Shown: piece after piece, positions 19,328-29,679 of the stretch | Layout: each line of letters starts with the position of its first letter | Position numbering within the stretch: the stretch's first letter is position 1 | From: an uncultured Candidatus Saccharibacteria bacterium | GTDB lineage: Bacteria > Patescibacteriota > Minisyncoccia > Phycocordibacterales > UBA2100 | Assembly (NCBI GenBank): GCA_964545165.1 | Contig: CAZJEQ010000003.1 | Span: forward strand, 52,990 to 116,989 | Direction of reading: 5' to 3' | Length of the DNA: 64,000 bases | Program-made: the position numbers and the translations under genes | Notes under the pieces: model-generated | Told to the model about the DNA's origin: nothing | The model's input: only the letters and a program-made list of their open reading frames with translations | Databases searched by the model: none

Positions 19328-21253
19328 CTATTGACGCACGAAGCCGGCAGGACGAGATGGCAAATCTTCGCGCAAAAACGCTGCCAATCGCTCCGACGAA
19401 TGGCCATCAAAGGCGTACTCTCTCCTGAGAAACTCCTTGCCACGTTCGGCCACTTCTTGCCGATGCACAGGCTGCACAAGTGCTCTCATCGCGTCAACGA
19501 GAGCTGCATATGAAGCGGCTCCGACGCCGGCATCTTTAAAGCGCGCACGGAAATACGTATCGTACGCTTTTACTGGGTACAGCACGAGTGCCTTCTCAGC
19601 AATCAGCGCCTCGAACATCATGGTCGAATTACCCACCATGACTACGTCGGCCAAGCGTAGTACCGGAAACGCATCGCCATCAACGCACGCAATACCACCA
19701 TCGGGAAACACTTCAGAAATGAACCGCTGATACAGCGTCGTCATTGATCCGGGTCGGAATTTAAGGATGAGTTGGATATCGGGCACCGCGTCGTAAAGCG
19801 CTCGCAGTTCGCGTATATAGGCAGCACATTCGTGCGGATAAAAATCCATGTACAGCGAATTCGGACCTTCGGTCGGGAACGCCACCACCACGATCATCTT
19901 CTCAGGATCAAGGCCAAATCGCCGGATGTGGGCCACGCGCTCAGCCTGCGACAGTGCTAAATTTTGCAAATACGCATCAAACCGCGGCGATCCGATGGGC
20001 CGCACACGCTCAGGCGCGATGCCTAACTGCGCACGCATCATCTCTTGTGTCCCCCGACCATACGCCGCCAAATACGCCGCTTCGATGCGAGAACGTACGG
20101 TACGTGGGTCCACGATTTCTATTGCGTGCTGCAGTTCGATCGACGGCACGTTGAGTGCATACGCCACACGTGTCGCTACGAAGAAGTGTGGCTGCCGTCC
20201 GCTGTGACTGGCGCGCAAGACGACGCGATTACTCTTTTCCGTGCGTATGATGCGCTCCATCGCAAGCGCCTCTGCAATGACGCGCACCGCGTACGTGCGG
20301 ACAAGGTCGCGCGCTGCGTCTTCGACAAGCGGCCACCAATCGAGATTAGGAGAAACATGGCGGACAACCACTCTGATCGCTGGCATAGCACGCTGATACG
20401 CGGCGACATACTGCTTCGCTTCTTCAGCGGCAGCGGCACGCATATCGTCAGTCATCACGTCCAACGGATGCACAAACCGAATTCGATGCGAAAGAATAGC
20501 GCTCCACGGAATATTCTTGAATTCGCTGCGATCCATCAAGACAAGCTCTGCATCCGGCATGTGCTTGAGCAGTGGCGCGATATGCGACCAATATTCACTT
20601 GCAAATATTTTTATCTGACGCGTCGGTACACTCCATCGCACCAGTGCATTGAGCACGCGAAGTGCGCGATGTCGCCATGTTATACGCTCATGCAGCACCG
20701 TGCTCGGCGGCACACTCGCACCTTGCCCGATCACGCGTGTGTGCATACCGCGCCGTGCGATGACGAATCGCACGGCGTCAGTGAGCGCGCGTGCCTCAAA
20801 AAAAGCCAAGGGCCCGGCGCCATAGGAAATCCTCCGACCCCCTTCAGGAATGATGATTTCAGCCACATGCGGATGCGCCTCAACGACAGCTTCCACATGA
20901 TGTGCAAAGCGAAGCACGCGCTGGAGGTAAATTCTGAGTGGCGGTTCAAGGGCTTCACCAATGCGCACCTCTCCATGACGAAAGAAGGTCATCTCTGGTA
21001 TGCGATACCATAGACGAGCGAACGATTCTGCATTCGAGAGTACCTGCTCGAGTGCCTCGGCACTCCCCTGGTAGCGATCAAACGGCTCATGCGGTACGCC
21101 GCGTGCACGCAGCTCCTCTTGCGCCCAGAAATCCAACGCAATAACGGTCGGCGTCGCTTCCGTTGTGCGGACCTCTTCGGATATCTCGCGAGCCGTCCGT
21201 GCATCACATGCGATGATCAAGCGTTCTGGTGTCATATACGAACCTGTATGCAC
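19328..21253 (-). CDS. GT-B-fold glycosyl/glycerophosphotransferase (TagB/TagF/KpsS-like)
   Basis: The C-terminal region DVVMVGNSTMMFEALIAEKALVLYP resembles the nucleotide-binding half of TagF/capsule transferases. Confidence 0.4.
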   Translation of the reverse strand: MHTGSYMTPERLIIACDARTAREISEEVRTTEATPTVIALDFWAQEELRARGVPHEPFDRYQGSAEALEQVLSNAESFARLWYRIPEMTFFRHGEVRIGEALEPPLRIYLQRVLRFAHHVEAVVEAHPHVAEIIIPEGGRRISYGAGPLAFFEARALTDAVRFVIARRGMHTRVIGQGASVPPSTVLHERITWRHRALRVLNALVRWSVPTRQIKIFASEYWSHIAPLLKHMPDAELVLMDRSEFKNIPWSAILSHRIRFVHPLDVMTDDMRAAAAEEAKQYVAAYQRAMPAIRVVVRHVSPNLDWWPLVEDAARDLVRTYAVRVIAEALAMERIIRTEKSNRVVLRASHSGRQPHFFVATRVAYALNVPSIELQHAIEIVDPRTVRSRIEAAYLAAYGRGTQEMMRAQLGIAPERVRPIGSPRFDAYLQNLALSQAERVAHIRRFGLDPEKMIVVVAFPTEGPNSLYMDFYPHECAAYIRELRALYDAVPDIQLILKFRPGSMTTLYQRFISEVFPDGGIACVDGDAFPVLRLADVVMVGNSTMMFEALIAEKALVLYPVKAYDTYFRARFKDAGVGAASYAALVDAMRALVQPVHRQEVAERGKEFLRREYAFDGHSSERLAAFLREDLPSRPAGFVRQ

Positions 21254-21271
21254 GTATCTACGCGCGATAGT

Positions 21272-22072
21272 TCACGCGTGGTCAAACGTGTCTTGAAGCG
21301 AAGCGATGCGATGTTCGAGCGTAAAGAATACGCCAAAAATTTCTCGCAGGAGGAACGCCCAGAAAAACGCCGCATACGTGTAGATCGCGAATGAGAGCAA
21401 CGGATGGCCTGCAAGATCGGCAAACCACAGACGCTCTGCAAGCGATGCCAAGAAAAGTACGATGACCATGACTGCAAAATAGCGAAGACTGTAGACAAAC
21501 TGCTTGAGCGAGCGTACCGAGCCGACCGATGGATGTGCATCATCATGAAGCACCGGCGTCTCCACACTTCGCGTCGGTAGAGTGAAATTCTTGCGGTGCT
21601 GCGCGTAGTGCACGTACATATAGCGCGGAAGATCTCCATTGACGCGCGTAAATGTGAGCGCGAGCGCACCGAGCATGCCGGTGACGAGAAGCGGCATATT
21701 CGGCGTACCGAATGCATCCGACACCCAGAGCGTGAGTCCAAAAAAGAAGAGACTCTCCATTCCAACATGATTCAATAGATCAAGGTAGACCCCGCGAAGA
21801 GAATATTTCTTTTTATATCGTGCAACTTCTCCATCAGTGGCATCGAGGACGATACAGAGATAGGTGAGGAAGAAGCCAAGCCATATGGAGCCGAGCGCCA
21901 GCGCGAGCGCACCGACAATTCCCGTCAGGAGCATAAGGACCGTGATCTGATTGGGGGTCACGCTCGTCGAAAGGAAAAGACGCGTGAGGTAAATCGAGAG
22001 CTTCCGCTGCAATATAGGATGCCCTGCGACATTGGTCTGCAACATACCCCGCAATGTTTTGATCGATTCCAT
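21272..22072 (-). CDS. CDP-alcohol phosphatidyltransferase-family membrane protein
   Basis: LDATDGEVARYKKKYSLRGVYLDLLNH matches the D-x2-DG-x2-AR...G-x3-D motif, with the last Asp replaced by His. Polytopic. Confidence 0.7.
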   Translation of the reverse strand: MESIKTLRGMLQTNVAGHPILQRKLSIYLTRLFLSTSVTPNQITVLMLLTGIVGALALALGSIWLGFFLTYLCIVLDATDGEVARYKKKYSLRGVYLDLLNHVGMESLFFFGLTLWVSDAFGTPNMPLLVTGMLGALALTFTRVNGDLPRYMYVHYAQHRKNFTLPTRSVETPVLHDDAHPSVGSVRSLKQFVYSLRYFAVMVIVLFLASLAERLWFADLAGHPLLSFAIYTYAAFFWAFLLREIFGVFFTLEHRIASLQDTFDHA

Positions 22073-22114
22073 GGTGCGATAGTACCCTAGAAAATTCCCG
22101 TTGGATACACGCCC

Positions 22115-23227
22115 TTAGAGCATCTCGGCGAGAGTCTCGCGGACGGCATGCTCCGTAAATCGGCGTGGGTTGTTCGCCGCGCGCTGCTCGGATACGTCAG
22201 CGAGAATGGTCGAGAAATCTGTCTGTGCAATGCCAAATTCCGAAAGCCGCGTGGCGAGACCACAATCATGGATCAGCATGCCGAGCTGCTGCGCTGCGGC
22301 CTCCGCATCTCTCGCACCTATTAACGTGTTGATCTCAGCAAGCGCGTCACGCACGTACTGTGCGCCTCGCTGGTCGTTGCAATCTGCGTCCGTCACCTCA
22401 GCATTAAAACGGATCAGCTGGCCAATCGAGAGTGCGACCGCATGGCCATGCGGTATGCCGAAGTGCGCGGTAAGCGGATAGGAGAGCGCGTGCGAGGCCG
22501 TGGTGCGAGAGATATTAATTGCCTTGCCGGCGAGGTGCGCGGCACGCATCATTCCCTCCCGCGCCGCCTTGTCACTCTGTATCGCGCCACGGAGATTCGC
22601 CAGCGCGAGCGTGATCGCTTCACGTGCATATGCTTTTGACTCATTCGTTGATCGCACCGACCAGTACGATTCAACACCCTGACAAAGCGCATCGAGCCCG
22701 GATGCGGCTGTGACAGCGGCGGGCAGATCGTACGTGCACACAGAATCTGCGATCGAATACTCAGGCAATATATATTCGTGGTCGAGTGAATACTTTTTGC
22801 TGCCGATGTAGACCACTGCAAATTGTGTCGCCTCGCTGCCCGAGCCCGCGGTCGTCGGGATGGCGATCAGTGGTACGCCCCTGTGCTCTAACTTCGCCGA
22901 CCCTTCTACATATGCGGTAGGCGCATCGGTCTGTGCGGCAAGCGCGTTCACGCTCTTGGCCATATCAATAACGCTGCCGCCGCCAATGGCGACGACGCAC
23001 TCAGGATCGAATGCGCGATATGCCGCGATACCCTTCGCCACCTCTTCGATCGCGGGATTCGGCGAGAAATCAGAAAACCGCTCAACCTCGACTCCCTCCA
23101 GGCACGGAGCTACCAGTGGCTCGACCGATGCGTACGACGCACCGCCCGTGACGAGCAAGACGCGCTTGGCGCCCAGCTTCTGTATGATCTCGCGCAGCGC
23201 TTCGATGTGTTGGAATTCTTGCTGCAT
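22115..23227 (-). CDS. Iron-containing (group III) alcohol dehydrogenase; phosphonoacetaldehyde reductase (FomC/PhpC)-like
   Basis: Fe-ADH motifs (VLLVTGG..., AIGGGSVIDMAKS). It is adjacent to the ppd and pepM homologues. Confidence 0.7.
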   Translation of the reverse strand: MQQEFQHIEALREIIQKLGAKRVLLVTGGASYASVEPLVAPCLEGVEVERFSDFSPNPAIEEVAKGIAAYRAFDPECVVAIGGGSVIDMAKSVNALAAQTDAPTAYVEGSAKLEHRGVPLIAIPTTAGSGSEATQFAVVYIGSKKYSLDHEYILPEYSIADSVCTYDLPAAVTAASGLDALCQGVESYWSVRSTNESKAYAREAITLALANLRGAIQSDKAAREGMMRAAHLAGKAINISRTTASHALSYPLTAHFGIPHGHAVALSIGQLIRFNAEVTDADCNDQRGAQYVRDALAEINTLIGARDAEAAAQQLGMLIHDCGLATRLSEFGIAQTDFSTILADVSEQRAANNPRRFTEHAVRETLAEML

Positions 23228-23234
23228 ACCTCCA

Positions 23235-24365
23235 CTATCGCTTCTTGAGGAATTTCATCAAGTCCTTTTTATTCTGAAGCGGCGTGCGGGTGGGGCGTCC
23301 CAGATCTTTGCGGCTCCCGCCAGCGATGCGGATCTCGAGGAGTGCCGGTCCTTTCGCTTTCTTGAGCTTCGCCATACCGGCTTTGAGGTCTTTCGATGTC
23401 GAGGCGACGACAGCATCACGATACCCAGATGCCTCAGCGATCTTCTTAAAATTCGCGACGAAGCCTGCTGTGGGTTGTCCGCCGACGGATTCGTGTACGC
23501 CATTGTTGAAGACGATGTGCTTGAGGTTTTTTGGCGCTGCCTGGCCAATGACGGTCCAGCCGCCGAGGTGCATGATCGCCGCGCCGTCGCCATCGAAGCA
23601 GTAGACCGGGCGCTTCGGCTGCGCGAGTGCAATACCGAGCGCGATCTGCGAGGCGTGTCCCATGGAGCCCACGGTCAGGAAATCGCGGTGATGACCGGCC
23701 TTATGTGACTGCCGATGCTCGAAGAGTTCTCGTGACAATTTCCCCGTGGTCGAGACGACCACTGCATTCTCCGACACAAAAGCGGACATGATGTGGAGCG
23801 CTACTTCGCGCGTGAGCGGGTAATCGACACCGACTTGCTTCTTGGGCTTGTACGCTTCAAATGTACCTTCGCGCACCACAAGTGCAACGGGTCGATTTTC
23901 TTTCTTCGCTTTCGCGACGAGCTGCTTTACGCACGCGATCGCTTTGCGCTCGTCGGCGGGCAGAACCGCGTGCGCGATGCCGAGCGTCTTCAAAAGCGGG
24001 ATGGTGAGCGGACCCTGCGCGAGATGCTGCGGCTCATCGTGTTTTCCCGGCTCGCCGCGCCAACCGATGATCAGGAGAAGTGGCACAGCGTAGACCTTGG
24101 CGTGCGCCAGCGAGAGCAAGGGATTCACCGCATTGCCAAGCCCAGAATTCTGGAGATACACCGCAGCGATTTGTCCCGAGGCGAGATAGTGCCCCGCGGC
24201 AATCGCGACGGCATTCCCCTCATTGGCGGCGATGACATGTGATGTCGGACGTGCTCTGTCTGTGACGTAGGCGCAAAAATCCTTGAGCAACGAATCTGGC
24301 ACGCCAGTAAAAAATGTAACACCCTTCTTCTGCAGTGCGTCGAACAGTATCTTCGGGCGCACCAT
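23235..24365 (-). CDS. Phosphonopyruvate decarboxylase (TPP-dependent)
   Basis: 376 aa. N-terminus MVRPKILFDALQKKGVTFFTGVPDSLLKDF is typical of Ppd/AepY/Fom2. Confidence 0.8.
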   Translation of the reverse strand: MVRPKILFDALQKKGVTFFTGVPDSLLKDFCAYVTDRARPTSHVIAANEGNAVAIAAGHYLASGQIAAVYLQNSGLGNAVNPLLSLAHAKVYAVPLLLIIGWRGEPGKHDEPQHLAQGPLTIPLLKTLGIAHAVLPADERKAIACVKQLVAKAKKENRPVALVVREGTFEAYKPKKQVGVDYPLTREVALHIMSAFVSENAVVVSTTGKLSRELFEHRQSHKAGHHRDFLTVGSMGHASQIALGIALAQPKRPVYCFDGDGAAIMHLGGWTVIGQAAPKNLKHIVFNNGVHESVGGQPTAGFVANFKKIAEASGYRDAVVASTSKDLKAGMAKLKKAKGPALLEIRIAGGSRKDLGRPTRTPLQNKKDLMKFLKKR

Positions 24366-24367
24366 AG

Positions 24368-25720
24368 CTACTGAGCACCTCCCTTCCAGTCGATGAGGCG
24401 GAGAATGTTTTTCAAGGGCATACAGTACGCCTCGTCTGCCTCATGCGAGCGACCATGCTCGAGGATGGACTCGGCCGTCTTGACCATGGCAGGATAAGCA
24501 CTTCTGAGAAGGTGATTGGCATAGATCACCATGTTGACCCCTGCTTTCTCAAGCTCTGCTTCCGTGATGACGTTGTAGGTCGTTGGCACCGCGACGAGCA
24601 TCACTTTGTCTTTAAATTTCGCATACGCTTTGCAGAATTCGAGAACCTCTGCGGGATCCTTTTCTTTACTGTGGATCATGATGCCATCCGCACCTGCCGC
24701 AATATAGGCCTTTGCACGAATGAGCGCATCCTCAACCCCTTTCCCAGCGATAAGACTCTCGAGTCGCGCGATGATCATAAAGTCTTCCGTCACCTGCGCG
24801 CGTTTTCCTTCGTGGATCTTGTGCGCGAATGCATCCACATCCTCGAGCTGTTGCTCAACTTCGGTGCCGAAGAGCGAATTCTGCTTGAGGCCGCGTTTAT
24901 CTTCTATGATCACCGCCGAGACACCAAGGCGCTCGAGTGTGCGCACCAGATACGGGAATCGCTCTGTCATCCCACCTGTGTCGCCATCAAACACCAGCGG
25001 CTTCGTCGTGACTTCGAGGATGTCGTGGAGCGTGGTGACACGCGAGGTGTTGTCGACGAGCTCGATGTCGGGCTTACCCTTGGACGTCGAATCCGTGAGA
25101 CTCGACGACCACATAAAATCGAAATCGCGCTTCACGCCGTCGACGACGACCGAGGTGTGCTCGGCGATAAGTCCCGTGAGTCCGTTGTGCGCTTCGATAC
25201 CACGGATGAGGGGCTTTGCCTGCAGCAGCCGATTCAAGCGTTTGAGACGGATCTGCGGAGTGGTGCCAATTTCTTTGAGCGCCGCATTGAGGGCGGTGGA
25301 TGAGACACCGCGCGTGTACGGCACCTCGACGAGCTGACCTCCCCACGAGCTGAGCGTTTCGATGACCTGCTCGCGCGTGCGGCGCTGCACCCCGTGTTTC
25401 CAATCGTCGCCATGCACCACAACATCAGGTTTGTACTTTTTCAGATTCGGGCGGTAATCGAGAGTTTTTTGTGGCACGACCTGCGAGACCCCTTTTATAT
25501 TTTCGATCACGACTTTGCGCTGCTCATACGGCATGTGTGGCAGGCGCTTGTAGCTCGCGATAGCGGTATCCGTGAGGAGGCCGACGGTGACGTCGCCCAA
25601 CTCCGCACCCTTTTGGATGATATTCAAATGTCCGGGATGGACAAGATCTGCGCTCATGCCGATGTAGACCTGGGGGTGCTTTTTAGACGGCGAGGAGCTC
25701 TTTTTGTTGTTTTTGACCAT
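24368..25720 (-). CDS. Fused cytidylyltransferase / PEP phosphomutase (Fom1-like)
   Basis: N-terminal HxGH nucleotidyltransferase ([18 protein letters not shown]). C-terminal PepM/ICL-fold ([15 protein letters not shown]...). Start set at internal M20 of tracked ORF 24368..25777. Confidence 0.8.
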   Translation of the reverse strand: MVKNNKKSSSPSKKHPQVYIGMSADLVHPGHLNIIQKGAELGDVTVGLLTDTAIASYKRLPHMPYEQRKVVIENIKGVSQVVPQKTLDYRPNLKKYKPDVVVHGDDWKHGVQRRTREQVIETLSSWGGQLVEVPYTRGVSSTALNAALKEIGTTPQIRLKRLNRLLQAKPLIRGIEAHNGLTGLIAEHTSVVVDGVKRDFDFMWSSSLTDSTSKGKPDIELVDNTSRVTTLHDILEVTTKPLVFDGDTGGMTERFPYLVRTLERLGVSAVIIEDKRGLKQNSLFGTEVEQQLEDVDAFAHKIHEGKRAQVTEDFMIIARLESLIAGKGVEDALIRAKAYIAAGADGIMIHSKEKDPAEVLEFCKAYAKFKDKVMLVAVPTTYNVITEAELEKAGVNMVIYANHLLRSAYPAMVKTAESILEHGRSHEADEAYCMPLKNILRLIDWKGGAQ

Positions 25721-25788
25721 GTCAGCAAAGTACAACTTTTGGGCCAAAATTGCAAGTCCCTTACGGGGACAGCGCATCTCTGCAGCGA

Positions 25789-26919
25789 TCAGCTGCTGCG
25801 TCGGATGAATTCCATGATGCGCTCAGTGCGCTTCTGCCAGGAGTGCTGCTCGGCAAGAGCGCGAGCCCGCTCCAGCATCGCCTGGTCGGCGCTCTCGAGT
25901 GCACGGCGTACGCTCTCGGTGAGCGAGTGCGCATCATCCGGCTCGTACCAATACACATCCCCTTCGGCGATAAAGCTCTTGAGGGCCGGTGTCGCGCTCG
26001 CGACAATCGGGCGTCGTGCCGCCATGTATTCATACACTTTCATGGGCGTCGTGTGTCGAAATGACTCTTCGTTGGTTGTGGTGCCTAAAATGATCAGTGC
26101 ATCGGCGGCGGCAAGCCAGGTGGGTACCTGCGCGGGACCGCACTCGCCCATGATGCGCAGATTCGGCGGGCGCATGCCGCCGACTACCGCATCCCACTCG
26201 GCTTCGGAGCCGCCGACCACATAGAAGGTAATATCCGGCATCGCGCGCGCCGCATCATGCAAGATGTCGAGCCCCTTCCAATCAAAGAAGCGGCCGAGAT
26301 ACAGCGCACTCTGTTCGTCACTCGACAATCCGAGGCGTCGGCGCGCCTCTTCGCGGGATGGCATGGATTCATAACGGGCAAGGTCCACGCCATTGGGCTC
26401 GATCAGGATCGGCACATGCGGTGCGGTGAATCCATTTTCCGAGGGTGTGTTATGCACGCTGGTCGCAATAATGCCGTCCGCGTGTCGGAAGAAAAACCGA
26501 TTGAGCAAGGTGCGCGATTTGCCGGTGTGCATTTCCGCAAAGACCGGAAATCCACGTCGAATGAGCAACGCGTACGAGAAGGTGTCCATATCTATCGTAT
26601 AGACGACTGCCTTTCCTCGCATCCGCTCGCGCAAAAGGTACAGTCCACTCGTGACGATAAACACGAGCGAACTGAGAAAGAACCAGAAACGCCCGCTCGC
26701 GTATCCATCGATCCCCGGGAGAATCCGTGTCGGTATATCGACACGCAGTTCATAAAAATCCTTCATCGTTGCCGAAGAAGCGGCGCGCGTGCGCGGTATC
26801 ACCAGCTCGAGATCGACGCCGGACTCAATAAACGCCTCACACATCTTGGCGATCTGGACACCGTATGCCTTCTTGTTCGGCAGACGCGCATTTACCACGT
26901 AGTAGATCTTTGCTTTCAT
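25789..26919 (-). CDS. GT4 glycosyltransferase
   Basis: GT-B architecture with C-terminal E-x7-E-like motifs. Confidence 0.8.
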   Translation of the reverse strand: MKAKIYYVVNARLPNKKAYGVQIAKMCEAFIESGVDLELVIPRTRAASSATMKDFYELRVDIPTRILPGIDGYASGRFWFFLSSLVFIVTSGLYLLRERMRGKAVVYTIDMDTFSYALLIRRGFPVFAEMHTGKSRTLLNRFFFRHADGIIATSVHNTPSENGFTAPHVPILIEPNGVDLARYESMPSREEARRRLGLSSDEQSALYLGRFFDWKGLDILHDAARAMPDITFYVVGGSEAEWDAVVGGMRPPNLRIMGECGPAQVPTWLAAADALIILGTTTNEESFRHTTPMKVYEYMAARRPIVASATPALKSFIAEGDVYWYEPDDAHSLTESVRRALESADQAMLERARALAEQHSWQKRTERIMEFIRRSS

Positions 26920-27701
26920 AGCTGCGGTGAGTCGAGCACGTCGCCGTTTCGAGATGCAGAAAAAAGCACCACGCGCCCGCCGGGCACATCCGTCGTCGAG
27001 ACGCGGTGTGTTTTCTGTAGTGTCGCGACAGCCTCATCAATAGATCGTCCGGTTTTTACCGGGTGCAGCTCTCCGAGGATCAGTCGAACATGCGGCAGGG
27101 CGCGAGTGGATTGCAGCACATCGAATTCCGCTCCCTCGATGTCGATCTTGAGGATGTCGACCGACTCGTCTCCCACGATCTCGTCGAGCGTCACCGATGC
27201 GACAAGCCGCTCGACGGCCTCATCTGATCGGAAAAAAGACGATTGCGTACTTCTATCGGACTCAAAGAAACTGATCTCCCCTCCGCTGGCCGATACTGCC
27301 GCTTGGTGCAGCTCGATCTTGGCATCATGCGCAAAATTCTTCTGGAGCGTGGCAAAGGCCGCCGCGCCCGGTTCGTATGCGCGAATCTGCGCTTCCGGAT
27401 ACTTCAAACGAAACCACAGTACCGAGATGCCGATATTTGCTCCGAGATCGATAATGGTGCGGACGCGCTCGAGATTCGTTTCGTACGAGCCGGTCACGAA
27501 CACGTCGTTGATTGTATAGATGTCGCCAATATCGCCCGTGAGATGAACAATGCCGGAGCGACCGAAGGCGCGCAGCGAGACCGTGTAGGCGCCTGCGTAC
27601 CACACGAGTGCATGGTACAAAAGCTTCATCGCAGACAGCGGATCCGCTGCGCAGTGGATGATCTGCATCACGATGCGGACTTTGTTGAAGAGTCGTTTCA
27701 T
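26916..27701 (-). CDS. FkbM-family SAM-dependent methyltransferase
   Basis: IIDLGANIGISVLWFRLKYPEAQIRAYEP. Start set at internal M68 to remove the overlap with the upstream GT4. Confidence 0.7.
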   Translation of the reverse strand: MKRLFNKVRIVMQIIHCAADPLSAMKLLYHALVWYAGAYTVSLRAFGRSGIVHLTGDIGDIYTINDVFVTGSYETNLERVRTIIDLGANIGISVLWFRLKYPEAQIRAYEPGAAAFATLQKNFAHDAKIELHQAAVSASGGEISFFESDRSTQSSFFRSDEAVERLVASVTLDEIVGDESVDILKIDIEGAEFDVLQSTRALPHVRLILGELHPVKTGRSIDEAVATLQKTHRVSTTDVPGGRVVLFSASRNGDVLDSPQL

Positions 27702-28714
27702 AGTGAGGAGAGGATCTTTGTGGTCAATGCGGTCAGCGAATGGCGCGCTTCGACCTCCGCGCGAAGCTGTGTGACATCGATCGATGCGGCTGCGGTGATT
27801 GTCTCTGCCAGGATCTCGGGAGCGTTGTCCTCGAGAAAGAGGCCGGTACCCGCGAGTAGGGATCGGAAGGGTGCACTCGATGAGATGGCGGGAATGCCGC
27901 ACGCGAGCGCTTCGAGGACGACCTTATCATAGCCACCGGTCGCGCTGATGTTTACGAGCACGTCACTCTCGCGTAACTTCCCGGGCAACTCCGCGTATGC
28001 AACGGCACCCGCAAACTGTACCCGGTCTTTGTAGGATCGCGTACCGATCTCATCCTTGAGTAGCCCGGCGTATATGCGCTCCTCTTCGGTAAGCGGTGTG
28101 CCTATAATGGTCAACGTAAAATCGACCGCGCGTCTGTGCAGCTCATCGCAGGCGAGCAGTATTTCCCGTAAGCCCTTGGAGGCAGCGATGCGGCCGATCG
28201 AAACAATCCGCAATCCCTGGTGCGGTGCACGAACGCCCGGAGAAAAGCGCTCGGTGTCGATGCCGTGTCCGACGACTCGTATTTTCTTTGAGCGAATGCC
28301 GATGCTCGCCGGCGAGACGGTAAATATGACGTGGGCAACGAAAGCTGCTACTCGGAGCCACAGTGTGATGCTTTTGTGCACGTACCACAGACCGATTCGC
28401 TTATTCCAGAGCCGCCAGAGAATCCCACCGAGCACGACGTACTGGGGATTCATATGGACAAATACCGCATCGTACTCGCTTCGGAGTGTCCCTATGAGTC
28501 GATAAAATCGAAGCAGGTAGCCGAGTCGCGAAACGCCTGATTCCTTGCCGAGTGAATGGACTGTTACGTGAGAAGGTAGTGCATGCACACCTTCCTGCAA
28601 GGTGATGACGTGAATCTGCTCACATGCACGCGCCAGCGCCTCTATTTGCCCATGAAAAAAACCGAGATTTGAATGCTCTCGATCCACCACTTGCGTGACG
28701 ATGAGCAATTTCAT
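27698..28714 (-). CDS. GT4 glycosyltransferase
   Basis: 338 aa GT-B. Confidence 0.8.
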   Translation of the reverse strand: MKLLIVTQVVDREHSNLGFFHGQIEALARACEQIHVITLQEGVHALPSHVTVHSLGKESGVSRLGYLLRFYRLIGTLRSEYDAVFVHMNPQYVVLGGILWRLWNKRIGLWYVHKSITLWLRVAAFVAHVIFTVSPASIGIRSKKIRVVGHGIDTERFSPGVRAPHQGLRIVSIGRIAASKGLREILLACDELHRRAVDFTLTIIGTPLTEEERIYAGLLKDEIGTRSYKDRVQFAGAVAYAELPGKLRESDVLVNISATGGYDKVVLEALACGIPAISSSAPFRSLLAGTGLFLEDNAPEILAETITAAASIDVTQLRAEVEARHSLTALTTKILSSL

Positions 28715-28718
28715 TTGG

Positions 28719-29591
28719 TTATTTTACCCCGCGCTTTTTAGTGACGCCTGCTCCGTAGACGCCTTGCAAGAGATTGAGATCTTTTTTGGTCGCGAGAAGG
28801 AGCGCGATATTTTTCTGCTCAAGTGAGGCCAAGACCGCATTCCCTGCCTTGTCACCTACCTGCTTAGCATAGAGCTTTCGGAGTGCTGCGAAATCCTTGA
28901 TGAAACACGCACCACCTGCGCCACGACCGCTTTTGTGAATCGGACGCGCATATCGATTCGATACATACGGATCTGCCTCGATGGTTTGCTGAATGACATT
29001 CCAATCGCCGTTGAATGACTTCGTAAGATCGTACAAAAGATTCGACAGCATGACCTGGAAATAGCCGTTGGCATTGTGCGCATACTTCGCGATTTCTCCC
29101 TCATCCGAATCGCAGATGATAGAAAACGGTGCTTTCGCGAGCGTCGAGAGAACGAGCTTCGCCGCCACTTTATGTTTTGCGCCCGCGGTCGGCATGCCGA
29201 CGATGTTGGAAAATGGGTGTGCTGCATCGTATGCCGCGGTTGCGACGGAGAGAAACTCCGGAGACGACAACACGATCACGCGTGGATTTTGCTTCTGGAG
29301 TTTCTTTGTAGTGCCGGGAAGCAACGTCGATTTCACGACGGCAATCTTACCGTCGCCCACGAGCTTGATACCGGCATCGACAATCGAATCGTCAAATCCC
29401 TTGGGAGTCGTTGGCGTCGGTACGCAGACGAAGACAATATCGCAGGCCGAGATGGCCTCCTTGTTTTTCACGTATTTCGGCTCGAGTGAATAGCGGACGA
29501 CCGAGTAGCCGCGCTTCTCAAAATCGTCCGCGTAATTGCCGCCGACGAAGCCCTGGCCCACAAACCCGATAAGTGGCTTTTTGCCTTTCAT
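28719..29591 (-). CDS. Short nucleotide-sugar dehydrogenase (UDP-Glc/GDP-Man dehydrogenase family) lacking the C-terminal UDP-binding domain
   Basis: Rossmann N-terminus GFVGQGFVGG and catalytic GGACFIKD motif. It is only 290 aa, against ~430 for full-length UGDH. Confidence 0.6.
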   Translation of the reverse strand: MKGKKPLIGFVGQGFVGGNYADDFEKRGYSVVRYSLEPKYVKNKEAISACDIVFVCVPTPTTPKGFDDSIVDAGIKLVGDGKIAVVKSTLLPGTTKKLQKQNPRVIVLSSPEFLSVATAAYDAAHPFSNIVGMPTAGAKHKVAAKLVLSTLAKAPFSIICDSDEGEIAKYAHNANGYFQVMLSNLLYDLTKSFNGDWNVIQQTIEADPYVSNRYARPIHKSGRGAGGACFIKDFAALRKLYAKQVGDKAGNAVLASLEQKNIALLLATKKDLNLLQGVYGAGVTKKRGVK

Positions 29592-29679
29592 TAGGGCGTA
29601 TTATGGTCATTTTTAACGCTCATGCAAATGAGCGTGCCGCCCATTTCCCTGGGCCCATTGCCGTACTACAATCACTCGC

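Noticed and set aside
26257-27519. 420-aa plus-strand ORF
   Set aside because: It is antisense to two genes with clear domains (GT4 25789..26919 and FkbM MTase 26916..27701). Its Arg/Ser/Ala/Pro-rich composition is typical of spurious frames in GC-rich DNA.
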